From a virus: a DNA stretch of 64,000 nt. Positions within the stretch are counted from its first letter, which is position 1. The number at the start of each line of letters is the position of its first letter. The notes under the pieces were generated by a model. That model searched no databases, had not been told where the DNA came from, and was given only the letters and a program-made list of their open reading frames with translations. A program made the translations under genes and the position numbers. Below, piece by piece: positions 1 through 9,301 of the stretch. Location: positions 32,001 through 96,000 of IMG/VR virus record IMGVR_UViG_3300042893_001581. The stretch is one strand, 5' to 3'.

Positions 1-201
1 ATCATCTTTACGGTTAAAATTAGCTTGTTGGTTTAATGAGCCAGTTATTTTGCTCATGTTACCTTTTCTTGTTCTAATCAACCAATTAGCTAACTTTTCT
101 GCTGGCAACTCTTTAAACTTACCTTTTGCATCTGGTGCATTAGAATGATGAAACTTAAGTCTCTCTTCAACTAACTGTTGTAATAGTTCTTGTAGTTTCA
201 T
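1..201 (-). CDS. Partial hypothetical protein with MKLxxLL..LVEE leader (runs off the window)
   Basis: ATG at 201 overlaps the upstream stop (TAATG). Reads MKLQELLQQLVEERLKFHHSNAPDAKGKF... and stays open to position 1. Confidence 0.75.
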   Translation of the reverse strand, partial: MKLQELLQQLVEERLKFHHSNAPDAKGKFKELPAEKLANWLIRTRKGNMSKITGSLNQQANFNRKDD

Positions 202-734
202 TACTTTTCTTTTTTACCAAATCTTTTTTCGTAAGCAGAAGTTGCTGCACTCTTCTTAGTCTTGTACTTCTTAGTCTTACCCTTATCTGAATAATCTGCG
301 TCCCACTTACCATATGCTGAAGGATCATCGGACTTTAACTTTTTTACTCTATCAATTTCTTTTTTCATTGCTGCTGCATCTTTAGTAAGATAAGCAGGAT
401 TAACCTTATTTTTCTTTTTTGCTTCACTTACTCTAACACAGTTAGGAACCATATTACCTTTTTTTCCTTTTTTCATTGGATTTTTTGGATCTTTTCTATA
501 TCCTTTCCAACAAGCTTCTTCTAAAGGATTTAAATCTAATTCTTTTTCTATATCGGTAATGTCATCATATCCTAAATATTCTAAATCTTTTTCTAAAGTA
601 TAAGGGGTTTTTGATACGGCTCTAGATATTTGATCTCTAATTTCAGCATTTCCATTATTAAAAGCCTGTAAAATATTCTGATAGTGAATATCTGTTTTAG
701 CCATTTCTAATAATATATCTTTAAGCTTTATCAT
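201..734 (-). CDS. Putative capsid-internal protein
   Basis: MIKLKDILLE leader, EACWKGY...MVPNCV motif, Lys-rich; ATATTTAT motif directly upstream. Confidence 0.6.
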   Translation of the reverse strand: MIKLKDILLEMAKTDIHYQNILQAFNNGNAEIRDQISRAVSKTPYTLEKDLEYLGYDDITDIEKELDLNPLEEACWKGYRKDPKNPMKKGKKGNMVPNCVRVSEAKKKNKVNPAYLTKDAAAMKKEIDRVKKLKSDDPSAYGKWDADYSDKGKTKKYKTKKSAATSAYEKRFGKKEK

Positions 735-740
735 ATGAAT

Positions 741-748
741 ATAAATAT
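741..748 (-). promoter_or_regulatory. Putative late promoter ATATTTAT
   Basis: 6 nt upstream of the ATG at 734; the same motif precedes at least 14 operon starts. Confidence 0.55.
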
Positions 749-796
749 CTGCCTATCAATTAAAGTTGGGAGGTTAATATATCTATCATATTTATA

Positions 797-1333
797 CTAC
801 TTCCAAGTAATTCCATTCCAATATTCAAACCCCTGTAATTTGTTTTTATAGTTGAAAATATCAAAATAATCAGCTATATATAAATACTCATAGTCATTTA
901 TAAGTTTTTTTAGTAAGTAATAAAATGAAAGAGTTCCATAAGACTTTTTACTTTTTGTTTCATTCATGACAGAGAATAATACTTGATCTTCTATATAGAT
1001 TATCCTACCCCAAAAAAGATCGTCAAAAAAAAAGTCTTCAAATTTTCCGTGATTATAAAGTTGTAGGTCTGGTGGGGTTTCTATTTGTTTGTTTTCTGTA
1101 TGTCCTGATATTTTTATTTTAGATAGTTGATTTTTTCTTTTACTAGAAATTTCTTGTATTTTTAGTCTTGAAGATTGTGTTTGATACCAGTGTTCCTGAT
1201 TATCTTTATAATAAACAATCCATCCATTTTCAAACATGGATTTAGCAGATTCATTTTCTCTTTCAGCTTCTAAATAAATTAGAGGATATTTACCATTATA
1301 AATACTTAAAGAATGATCAAATATTAGTTTCAT
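797..1333 (-). CDS. Putative aminoacyl-tRNA--protein transferase (ATE1/Bpt-like, minimal)
   Basis: ENGW..WYQTQSSRL near the N-terminus; C-terminal SYGTLS..YEYLYI..YK..GFEYW resembles the ATE_C motif LGxxS..YxYLGY..YK. Confidence 0.5.
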   Translation of the reverse strand: MKLIFDHSLSIYNGKYPLIYLEAERENESAKSMFENGWIVYYKDNQEHWYQTQSSRLKIQEISSKRKNQLSKIKISGHTENKQIETPPDLQLYNHGKFEDFFFDDLFWGRIIYIEDQVLFSVMNETKSKKSYGTLSFYYLLKKLINDYEYLYIADYFDIFNYKNKLQGFEYWNGITWK

Positions 1334-2018
1334 TATCTAATTCATTATATATTTTAGATCTTTCTTTATTTGATTCACCAGATTCTAAGTCAGTATGATC
1401 ATAATTAAAAACATCAGTATCAGGTGTAACCCACCTACTGTTTCTTTCTGCAGTCCAAGAAGTAGTATTATATTTTCTATTTATAACAATATCTTGTTTA
1501 ACTGTAAATGACGGATCATGAATAATTAATCTATTATTAGGTTGTATTGCAAAATTTCCATTATCCATTTGAATAAAATGTCCGCATTTATGTTGAGAAG
1601 GAAATTCACTTAATCCAAAATCTGTATCGCTCATATCATCAGAACTTCCCCAATCTAAGGTAAATAAATATTTTCCTGAATATTGAATTCTTCTTCTTGA
1701 TGTGAACTTACAAGTCTTATTTTTTAATATAGGAAAACAAGTTGCACCTACATGATATGTAAATGAATCCCACAAAACAAGTTCATCTAACTCTTGTTGA
1801 GGAGCATCTTCTTTCCAACAAAAGGCATGAATTGGCATTCTCCACCAGAGTCCACCATCTTCCATCATAAAATGAAATAATGGTGCTTGAGCAGGTATTG
1901 ACGACATGCCAAATATATAGCATGGAAATTTTTTATCAAAAGAATCTTCTTGATTTCTTAGAAAGTTTCCTCTAATAAAAGATTCAACAATTGGGATTGG
2001 GGTATTTAGATATGACAT
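1317..2018 (-). CDS. Conserved hypothetical phage protein
   Basis: MSYLNTPIP..RMPIHAF..LWD..YLFTLDW..HKC..GNFAIQPNNR pattern recalled from aquatic phage hypotheticals. Confidence 0.6.
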   Translation of the reverse strand: MSYLNTPIPIVESFIRGNFLRNQEDSFDKKFPCYIFGMSSIPAQAPLFHFMMEDGGLWWRMPIHAFCWKEDAPQQELDELVLWDSFTYHVGATCFPILKNKTCKFTSRRRIQYSGKYLFTLDWGSSDDMSDTDFGLSEFPSQHKCGHFIQMDNGNFAIQPNNRLIIHDPSFTVKQDIVINRKYNTTSWTAERNSRWVTPDTDVFNYDHTDLESGESNKERSKIYNELDNETNI

Positions 2019-2043
2019 TTTATAACCTTTTTATAAATTTATA

Positions 2044-2361
2044 TTATTTTTCTCTTATTAATAGTTCACCTAATACTTCTAAACGTCCAACTTCACGTTG
2101 AAATTCAATTTGAGTCATATTTAAGGATATCTTTTTATATGTCTGCTCAAATTCTTTTTTAGCTGCTTCTTTATCAAACTTACCTTCAGTAGCTTTTTTA
2201 TAATATGGAGCTTTAACTTTAAAATGATGCCAAGTTAATAAAGATAATCCACCTTTTTCTTCAGCGGTAGCTGCTATTTTAGCTGCGCCTTTAGCACGTG
2301 TTTGAGCAAAGGTTTCAAAGCTTTCTTTAGCTTCAGTTAACAGTTGAATAAGTTTTATCAT
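2044..2361 (-). CDS. Putative capsid-internal protein
   Basis: MIKLIQLLTE leader. Confidence 0.55.
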   Translation of the reverse strand: MIKLIQLLTEAKESFETFAQTRAKGAAKIAATAEEKGGLSLLTWHHFKVKAPYYKKATEGKFDKEAAKKEFEQTYKKISLNMTQIEFQREVGRLEVLGELLIREK

Positions 2362-2873
2362 TTGTTTTTATTTTTAACAGGAGCATAACCAGAACCATAC
2401 AGGGCTGCTTTGCCTGATTGTGGATCTGCTGTTTCTTTTACTTTATTTAAACGTTTAGTTTTTTCTTTTGATGCTTCTTTACGAGATTCAATATAATCTA
2501 ATCCATTTTTTAATCTAGCTTTTACTTCAGAGTCTTTAGCTTTACCGTAAGCTGCTCTGACTCTTTGGTGTATTAAATTTATAATCTGTGACTGTCTAGC
2601 ATGTGATTTAGATTTAAATTCACTTTTAGATAGTGTATCTTTTATATCTTTAACTGTTTTAAATTTTACACTAACAGTATCTTTAGGATCTTCATCTGTG
2701 TATAATCTGCGGTCTGATCCCTTTGGCTTTTTACCACTACCTTTTTTAGGATCCGCTTCAGTTATATCAGGATCATTAGTCCAGGTATCAGAAGCTTTGT
2801 ATCTTACTTTTTTAACCATATCGGATCTATATGGCGGATACATTTCTAATAATATATCTAATAGTTTAATCAT
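2358..2873 (-). CDS. Putative capsid-internal protein
   Basis: MIKLLDILLE leader; internal ITE and VKE sites; basic. Confidence 0.55.
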   Translation of the reverse strand: MIKLLDILLEMYPPYRSDMVKKVRYKASDTWTNDPDITEADPKKGSGKKPKGSDRRLYTDEDPKDTVSVKFKTVKDIKDTLSKSEFKSKSHARQSQIINLIHQRVRAAYGKAKDSEVKARLKNGLDYIESRKEASKEKTKRLNKVKETADPQSGKAALYGSGYAPVKNKNK

Positions 2874-2874
2874 A

Positions 2875-3747
2875 TTACCACTTTCTACATGACCAATATC
2901 TAGCTTTCCATCTTGGTCCTGGATTAGTGTCGCAATGATGTCTTGCTCTAAAACTTTTTCTCCTTTCAGGATTATTCTTTTTTATCTTTACTCCTTTCTG
3001 TCCAAAGTTAACTTTAACAACATTTCCTTTGGCATTCTTTACGTACACCTTAAACTTTTTAATATCGCCGGCCATTGGTTTTCCTAGTTGTACTTTTCTA
3101 CCTTTGTACTCTGCTTCTTGTAAAGAGTTAGCATGATCTTTTATATATTCAGCTAAACATTGAGGACAAAATTCTCCCTCATTTAATTCTTCAAGCCCTG
3201 CTTTAATTAGTTTATCGTAGTATTTAGGATCTTCTTTAATATGATCTAAAGCTATTTTTAAAGCTATTTTAGGATCATCAGTATGCTCCATCTCAACTTC
3301 AATACCTTTTTTTATTTGGGAAAGTTTATCTTTATCTATTTTAGATTCTTTTATACCTGCTATGTGTCTACCTTGATACTTATCCTGAAGATAGTTAACC
3401 ATTTTTGCATTCATATTAAAATCAAGCTCTAATTTTTTATCATTAGGTTCTTTATCTATAGCTTTAGCTATTGTTTGCATAAAACCATTTTCTACATTAT
3501 TATCTACAATAGCAGCCATTTTATCATCAATATCAAGACGATCTAACCATGTTTGTGATTTTTGACCGTCTGGTTTTGTAACGGCTGCTTTTATAAACTG
3601 GAATGTTGTTTTTGCTGCGCCATATCCAGGAACAAAATCTAATATTGCATCTACAGCAACTCCAGCTATTTTATCAGTCTTTTGTTTTTTTGCAATAGAT
3701 TGTATAGCTTGTTTTAAATCTCCATATGTCTCAAGATTATTTTCCAC
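2875..3747 (-). CDS. Multidomain head-associated protein (DUF5661-like plus basic C-terminal domain)
   Basis: KGIEVEMEHTDD..IALDHIKEDPKYY (DUF5661-like) and VNFG..RRKSFRARHHC..ARYWSCRKW; domains separated by IKE/LNE/LQE. Confidence 0.6.
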   Translation of the reverse strand: MENNLETYGDLKQAIQSIAKKQKTDKIAGVAVDAILDFVPGYGAAKTTFQFIKAAVTKPDGQKSQTWLDRLDIDDKMAAIVDNNVENGFMQTIAKAIDKEPNDKKLELDFNMNAKMVNYLQDKYQGRHIAGIKESKIDKDKLSQIKKGIEVEMEHTDDPKIALKIALDHIKEDPKYYDKLIKAGLEELNEGEFCPQCLAEYIKDHANSLQEAEYKGRKVQLGKPMAGDIKKFKVYVKNAKGNVVKVNFGQKGVKIKKNNPERRKSFRARHHCDTNPGPRWKARYWSCRKW

Positions 3748-4028
3748 TATGGTAAATTTTGAGTCCTAGTATCATATACTTTTAATACCTGTTGTAATGT
3801 TGGAGATATAGATCCTCTTCCTAGGTCATCTAGAATAGCCTTAATTATAGTTGCAAAAGATTGAATTTCTTTAGAATCAGCCCCATTTAATTTAGGTATT
3901 GTAATAGAAGAAAGGTCTCTAAAATATTTTTGTAGTTCAGATTTTGTATCTACTATATTTTTTTCTTTAGGAAGGTCTTCCTCTTTTAAAAGATTAGTTA
4001 CATGCTTTTTAAATTCTGGCGTATTCAT
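3747..4028 (-). CDS. Hypothetical protein
   Basis: 93-aa ORF translationally coupled to neighbours; N-terminal ..NLLKE. Confidence 0.6.
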   Translation of the reverse strand: MNTPEFKKHVTNLLKEEDLPKEKNIVDTKSELQKYFRDLSSITIPKLNGADSKEIQSFATIIKAILDDLGRGSISPTLQQVLKVYDTRTQNLP

Positions 4029-4390
4029 TATTTTAGGAATTTAAGTTTATACTTAGTAGATTCTAGAAGATTAACTACATTGTCAATCTCATTCTGGATA
4101 TATGAATCTTGTGGAACTTTTGTTCTAATCATTTCTACAAACTTACAAAGACCTTCGAAGTAAAGAATCGCATTATCATCTTCTTTTATCTGATTTGCCA
4201 TTGCATATCCACGAAGAATGCCGTATTTTCCTTGATATGACTCAACTAAACCGTCGATCAAATCTACAATCTCTTCGTAATACTTTTGCAAAGCTTTGTG
4301 AGCGGCAAAAGAGTTTGTCTGTAAATGGTAGATGTGAGCCTGATTACGGCTTTGCATCAATGTTCCTATAAATAAAGCGTATGGTTCCAT
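4028..4390 (-). CDS. Ferritin/Dps-like protein (DUF5856-like)
   Basis: HIYHLQT..HKAL..YYE..D.L.ESYQG four-helix metal-ligand pattern. Start moved to 4390 (TAATG overlap). Confidence 0.7.
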   Translation of the reverse strand: MEPYALFIGTLMQSRNQAHIYHLQTNSFAAHKALQKYYEEIVDLIDGLVESYQGKYGILRGYAMANQIKEDDNAILYFEGLCKFVEMIRTKVPQDSYIQNEIDNVVNLLESTKYKLKFLK

Positions 4391-5244
4391 TAGTCTTGTT
4401 TTGGTTGCCATCTAAGCTCACCAGATTTAACATCTGCATCAAATATTTCTTTAGGCCATTGCCATAATTTTCCTTTAAATTTATCAGATTCTAAGTAAAC
4501 CTTATCGCCTTCTATTTTTTGAATTGTTAATACTTGATTATCTTTTTTTACAAATTTATCTCCAACTTTTAAATTATCACCTATATTTAAGCTAGATTCT
4601 TTAATATCTTTTTTTTTATCTTCTTCTTTCTCAACATTTTTCTTGCTCTTTTCAATCTTTTCCATCTTACTCATAAGATCGTCGATTTGAGATGCAAGTT
4701 TAGCAATATGTTCTTTATGTTGAGAAGCATTTTTAGGATCTTCTTTTGCCATATCAACGTGCTCTTTACGCTTCTTTTCAAGATGGTCGATAGTCTTTTT
4801 TAACTTATCTCCAACTTTACCTTTCTTTTCTTCAAGTTGAAAAGATTCGTCCATATATTTTTTGTATGCTTCTGCTGCTATTTCTTGAGCTTGAGAAGCA
4901 TCAGCAGTAACACTTATAACATCTTCCATATTAACATTTAGAGGAGCAAGTCCTTCTAAAGGATTCAATTCTTTAATTAATCCAGCTGCGTCAAGATTAT
5001 CTACAGGTCTAAGAACTACATACATCTTAGTAGGATCATAGTCTTCTTTCTTAACCTTTTTAGGAAGGCCCTTATGTTTAGTTGCAGCGAAGTCTTTTAC
5101 ATCGCCTTTTTTCATTGATTTAGCCATTTCTTTTGCTTTTCCTGATGCTTGTGATGGTTTCATATCTCCTTTTTGAAGGGCACGAACTATGCCCATTAAT
5201 TTTTGTTGTTGTTTAGATGCAGCTTTTTCTGATATATTATGCAT
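4390..5244 (-). CDS. DUF3008-like N-terminal domain plus coiled-coil protein
   Basis: EKAASKQQQKLMG..MAKSM..VKDFAATKHKGLPKKV; late motif at 5270-5277. Confidence 0.6.
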   Translation of the reverse strand: MHNISEKAASKQQQKLMGIVRALQKGDMKPSQASGKAKEMAKSMKKGDVKDFAATKHKGLPKKVKKEDYDPTKMYVVLRPVDNLDAAGLIKELNPLEGLAPLNVNMEDVISVTADASQAQEIAAEAYKKYMDESFQLEEKKGKVGDKLKKTIDHLEKKRKEHVDMAKEDPKNASQHKEHIAKLASQIDDLMSKMEKIEKSKKNVEKEEDKKKDIKESSLNIGDNLKVGDKFVKKDNQVLTIQKIEGDKVYLESDKFKGKLWQWPKEIFDADVKSGELRWQPKQD

Positions 5245-5266
5245 TATAATATTCTTTTATAATTTA

Positions 5267-5845
5267 CTAATAAATATCTGTTTTCCTAAACTCCTGTATC
5301 TTTTCTTTGAGCTGTTTATATATATGAGTCTTATCTCCGCCTTGCCAACTTTCAATATCTCCTTGTTCAGTAACAAAAGTATCTTTTTCCTCAAGCCATG
5401 AATCTAAAGCCTGTTCAAACTCTTCAAGGCTAGCATTCTTATTCATATTAAGAATATTCTTCTCATATTGCTCATACTTACCTTCTAGCTTAAGTTTAGC
5501 TTCCATATCAATGACACAGTTCAAACATACTTTGTGTACTGAATACATCTTCTTGTTTAGTTCATTAGCCTTCATAGGCTTCTTACAACTAGGACAAGTA
5601 AGTGGTAAAGATACTAGATGTTTGAACTTATCTAGCTTGGTAATAGACTGTTTGATACCGTTTTTAATGGTCCATTTTTTTCCACCTTCTTCCCAAGTAT
5701 CTCCTTCTTTATGTTCTTCTATTGTAGCTTCCCAACCTCCAAGTACCTGAGTTCTATCACCAGTATTTCCGGTGATAATGTTTCTCATCCTTTGAACTTC
5801 ACTTTTCTTAAACTCTTTTTTTAACGTAGACTCTTTTGGTATCAT
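5267..5845 (-). CDS. Hypothetical Zn-finger protein
   Basis: CPSC...CLNC. Confidence 0.6.
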   Translation of the reverse strand: MIPKESTLKKEFKKSEVQRMRNIITGNTGDRTQVLGGWEATIEEHKEGDTWEEGGKKWTIKNGIKQSITKLDKFKHLVSLPLTCPSCKKPMKANELNKKMYSVHKVCLNCVIDMEAKLKLEGKYEQYEKNILNMNKNASLEEFEQALDSWLEEKDTFVTEQGDIESWQGGDKTHIYKQLKEKIQEFRKTDIY

Positions 5846-5860
5846 AACAGTATTTTTATT

Positions 5861-7120
5861 TTATAAGTTAGAAATGTCTACAATCCAAATATTAGGATCT
5901 TCTCCATTATTAACTAATCCAGAAAGTCTTGTATTACCAGCTAGAAGATCATAATCAGAATTAGAAAATTTGACTGCTATTGGCATTTCTATTTGACCTT
6001 TTTTAAACGCAGATTGGAATCTTTGTTTTTTTTCTTTTTCTAGACTATTAAAATTTAAGTCTACATTTCCAAGGACATCTTTTATTTTAGAGTATTTTGT
6101 TATATATCCTTTTTTAGATATCTTCTCCCAATTATCTTTACCTATTTTTTTAAGTTCTGGATATCGAATTGCTTCTTCCCATTCTACATTAAAATTAGGT
6201 TTAGAATATTTAACCTCATTTATTCTAAATTTACTTAATATATCTTTTGTTTTATTAATATCTTTATGCATTACTGCAATACCACCTAGTGTTTTCCATG
6301 GAGCTAGATTTGTCCAATAGTCATCTATCAATATAGATTTTTTTGGGTCAGTTATCATCTTTAAATGCTTATTTCCGGACTCGGCGAATATAACTTCTTT
6401 TGGTTGTGGACTTAAATTATCTTTAATCCATTCTAATTTACCTTCTTCAGCATATTCAAATTGACCAGGACTAGTTAAGATTATAGGATTATATTTACCT
6501 ATTATAGACCATAGTTCTTGGCCTCCAGGCATCCATTGCATTTTACTCCAGTATGTAATACCTACTTCGTCTACTGCTTTAGTTAGGTACTCATTTGCTT
6601 TTTCTGGTTTATATTGTTTTCTGTATTCTGAGGGGGACATGTTATAAAAATATTCAAACCTTGCATCAAAGTCGCATAGAACTCCATCCATATCACAATA
6701 GATTTGAATACCACTATTACTTTCTACTTCATATATTTGTTTAAGAGTAGGAAGAAAAGACTCATAAATAAGATCATTAGTCTTACCATAATCTCTCATC
6801 ATTATACCTGCCAAAGCATTAGCTTGATTTTCTATATTAGAACCAGTTTCTCCAGCATTATTATATAATTTACCAAGCTCATTTTGTCTATGGTGAACTA
6901 ATTCATGGCATAAGGTTCTAAGTATATCTGCTAGGTTTCTATTACCTATATAAACGTCTAAGTGTCTTTTATTTGGATCATATTGTCCAAAGCTTCTTTT
7001 TTCAGTAGCCCATTCACGATCATTTATAAAACTAGTTGTAGGAAGCTTATCTATATCAAGTTTGCTTTTTACAAACTGTATAAAATCCTCTATTATATAT
7101 TGTCTTTGTTCTAGTGTCAT
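5861..7120 (-). CDS. Fusion: zincin-like domain + HAD 5'(3')-deoxyribonucleotidase + ParB/Srx-like domain
   Basis: HELVH (HExxH); YCDMDGVL..ILTSP..K..LIDD (HAD motifs I-IV); MPIAV..YDLLAGNTRL (ParB-like). Confidence 0.7.
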   Translation of the reverse strand: MTLEQRQYIIEDFIQFVKSKLDIDKLPTTSFINDREWATEKRSFGQYDPNKRHLDVYIGNRNLADILRTLCHELVHHRQNELGKLYNNAGETGSNIENQANALAGIMMRDYGKTNDLIYESFLPTLKQIYEVESNSGIQIYCDMDGVLCDFDARFEYFYNMSPSEYRKQYKPEKANEYLTKAVDEVGITYWSKMQWMPGGQELWSIIGKYNPIILTSPGQFEYAEEGKLEWIKDNLSPQPKEVIFAESGNKHLKMITDPKKSILIDDYWTNLAPWKTLGGIAVMHKDINKTKDILSKFRINEVKYSKPNFNVEWEEAIRYPELKKIGKDNWEKISKKGYITKYSKIKDVLGNVDLNFNSLEKEKKQRFQSAFKKGQIEMPIAVKFSNSDYDLLAGNTRLSGLVNNGEDPNIWIVDISNL

Positions 7121-7707
7121 TTCATTATTTTCAATAGTCTTCCAAAGACATCTTTAGCTACTCCCTTATTATATGCTGAGTCTGGGATGAATTTAACAAA
7201 CTCTTCAAAATTGCCGGCTTTAATTGTATCTCTCATTTGAGTTGCAGATATTCTACCAAATTGATCTGGTATAGTTTCTTTTCTAACTCTATTAGGAAAT
7301 CTTTTTTGTATAGAATCAAAGTATCCAATATCTTCAACTTCTTCGGCCCCGCCTGCAACATATACTGGATCAACATCAGGATTCTCTGCCATGAACGCAA
7401 AGATGTCTTTTATTGGTGTAGACTCTTTAGATATTGATACATCTATTTTAGGATTTGGTTCTGCTTTAAGATACTCTTGCCAAATATAAAGAGAATCTTC
7501 AGGAGTTATACCATACTTAGTAACATTAGATATAATAACATATACTTTATTAATATAATTTAAAGATGCTAAATACTTTGTAGCTTCGAAATGTCCTTTG
7601 TGAGGAGGCTTAAATTTACCAGGATAAAAACAAGGTCCTACATCTGGTGATGCTTCTCTTAGTATATCTTCTGCTATTTGTCTTCCTAGTTGTTCGAAAT
7701 TAATCAT
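7117..7707 (-). CDS. HxGH nucleotidyltransferase (cytidylyltransferase-like)
   Basis: YPGKFKPPHKGH and ISATQMR motifs. Confidence 0.8.
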   Translation of the reverse strand: MINFEQLGRQIAEDILREASPDVGPCFYPGKFKPPHKGHFEATKYLASLNYINKVYVIISNVTKYGITPEDSLYIWQEYLKAEPNPKIDVSISKESTPIKDIFAFMAENPDVDPVYVAGGAEEVEDIGYFDSIQKRFPNRVRKETIPDQFGRISATQMRDTIKAGNFEEFVKFIPDSAYNKGVAKDVFGRLLKIMK

Positions 7708-8492
7708 GGTGTAATAAATGATTTTGCTTTAGACACAACACTTTCAGTACTATCGTCTTTTAGAGACTCAACTTGTTTTTCTATATCTTCAAACTGTCCA
7801 GCTAAGATATCTATTTGTTTATCAACTAGCTCTTTAGATTTTGCTATTTCTTCAGGAGATTTTTGTTTAGTAGGATCTTTTTTAAATGTAGACTTAAATT
7901 GACCAGAAGATAATAGTTCAGAAAAGAATTCTTTTAGCTTTCCAGAATTATACGCCTTCATAAATGCGCCAACCATCTTCTGTTCTGCAGGACTAACCTC
8001 TGATTGTACTAATAAAAAGTTATCTCCAAACATACTTTTATATGTAGAGATATTTTTATATACATTATTCCAACTTGATAATACTCCAACAGTTGGTACC
8101 TTTCTTTCTCTCTTAAAGTTCCTCAAAAAACTTACAACCGGATTGGTATAAACCATGATCATCATTATGTCATAGCCTGAGGATTCTATATTCTTTACTC
8201 TGTCTACATTTGTTCCTGTAGTATCATAAAGAAAATTCTTACCACTTTTTATAGTATTAGGTAGATCAACCTTCTCTATATAACTAGACGCCTTACCTAA
8301 ACTGTTATACATAGGACTATCTTTATCTTCTACATACTTGTCAGCATTAAGTTCTTGCCAGCCTGATTTTTCAAGGTCCGGTCTAAGTTGCCTAACTATA
8401 TTAGATTTGCCTGCTCCGGCTCCGCCGGCCATGACAATAGCCTTATTACCATTTTCAGGTTGTTCTTTCAATAAATCTAGTAGCTTAATCAT
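7704..8492 (-). CDS. P-loop kinase (zeta-toxin/AAA_33-like) with MIKLLDLLKE leader
   Basis: GGAGAGKS Walker A, LNAD, YDTTG, RNFKRER. Confidence 0.75.
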   Translation of the reverse strand: MIKLLDLLKEQPENGNKAIVMAGGAGAGKSNIVRQLRPDLEKSGWQELNADKYVEDKDSPMYNSLGKASSYIEKVDLPNTIKSGKNFLYDTTGTNVDRVKNIESSGYDIMMIMVYTNPVVSFLRNFKRERKVPTVGVLSSWNNVYKNISTYKSMFGDNFLLVQSEVSPAEQKMVGAFMKAYNSGKLKEFFSELLSSGQFKSTFKKDPTKQKSPEEIAKSKELVDKQIDILAGQFEDIEKQVESLKDDSTESVVSKAKSFITP

Positions 8493-8506
8493 ACTACCAA
8501 TAAATA

Positions 8507-9301
8507 TTAATCTGTAAGTTTAACAGTATTAGGAAGAGTAAGTAATTCAATTTCAGTCTCCGGGTGCATAATCTTGTAAGTTTCATAGGTATGTAAGAAC
8601 ATATTGAAGTACTCGTCTACTGTCTTCTTTCCTTCAATTATTTCCCATCCTGCACCTTGCATTTTTTTGCCTGCCTTATCTGGCCCTCTCTTTGTAGATT
8701 TAAGCCATACGATACCGTTACGATCCACTTTTTGGAGGTATTTCTCTTCATAAGCTTTAGTGTAGGCTGACATTTGTAAGTGGTGGCTTTCATGAACTGC
8801 GTTTGAGGTTTTAATATCTAGAAGCCATTTTTCTCCATTGATATCTACCAATAGATCTAGGGTTCCAGAATACTTATGTGTATCACTAAACATGAATTCT
8901 TCTGACAATAAAAGGGTTGGCTTATATGTTGTCCAGAAGTCTGTGAATCCTAAAATCATCTTCCATACATGAGTATGATAGTTAACCTTGCCATCAGGTT
9001 CAATCCATCTAATCTCTTCATTTTTTAAGAATTTCTCTACTGCGTTGTGTACTTGAGTTCCTTCATCACCGGCGCGACGCATAACAATATCAGCATTATG
9101 CCCCATGTCTTTAATCCACGTTTCAAAAAAAGCACCTTTAGGAAAGTAGCCTAGGATAGTAGTAACAGAGGGATAGAAAACACCAGGAGATCTTTGATAA
9201 TACCTTGAATCATGTAAAGTAATTTGTCTAAGCTCAGGATCTGTCTCAACGATTCTTTTTAAGAACTTATCTCTATAGACATTCTTGTTTTGTTCAATCA
9301 T
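8507..9301 (-). CDS. PD-(D/E)XK exonuclease
   Basis: YPSVTTIL, GTQVH, YSGTLD..LLDIKTS, QMSAY. Confidence 0.8.
   Translation of the reverse strand: MIEQNKNVYRDKFLKRIVETDPELRQITLHDSRYYQRSPGVFYPSVTTILGYFPKGAFFETWIKDMGHNADIVMRRAGDEGTQVHNAVEKFLKNEEIRWIEPDGKVNYHTHVWKMILGFTDFWTTYKPTLLLSEEFMFSDTHKYSGTLDLLVDINGEKWLLDIKTSNAVHESHHLQMSAYTKAYEEKYLQKVDRNGIVWLKSTKRGPDKAGKKMQGAGWEIIEGKKTVDEYFNMFLHTYETYKIMHPETEIELLTLPNTVKLTD

Noticed and set aside
7704-8492. Epsilon-zeta toxin-antitoxin system
   Set aside because: There is no antitoxin-like partner, and the leader and operon context point to another role.
8507-9301. Cas4 / CRISPR adaptation gene
   Set aside because: A PD-(D/E)XK nuclease without the Fe-S cysteines, next to primase; an ordinary phage exonuclease.
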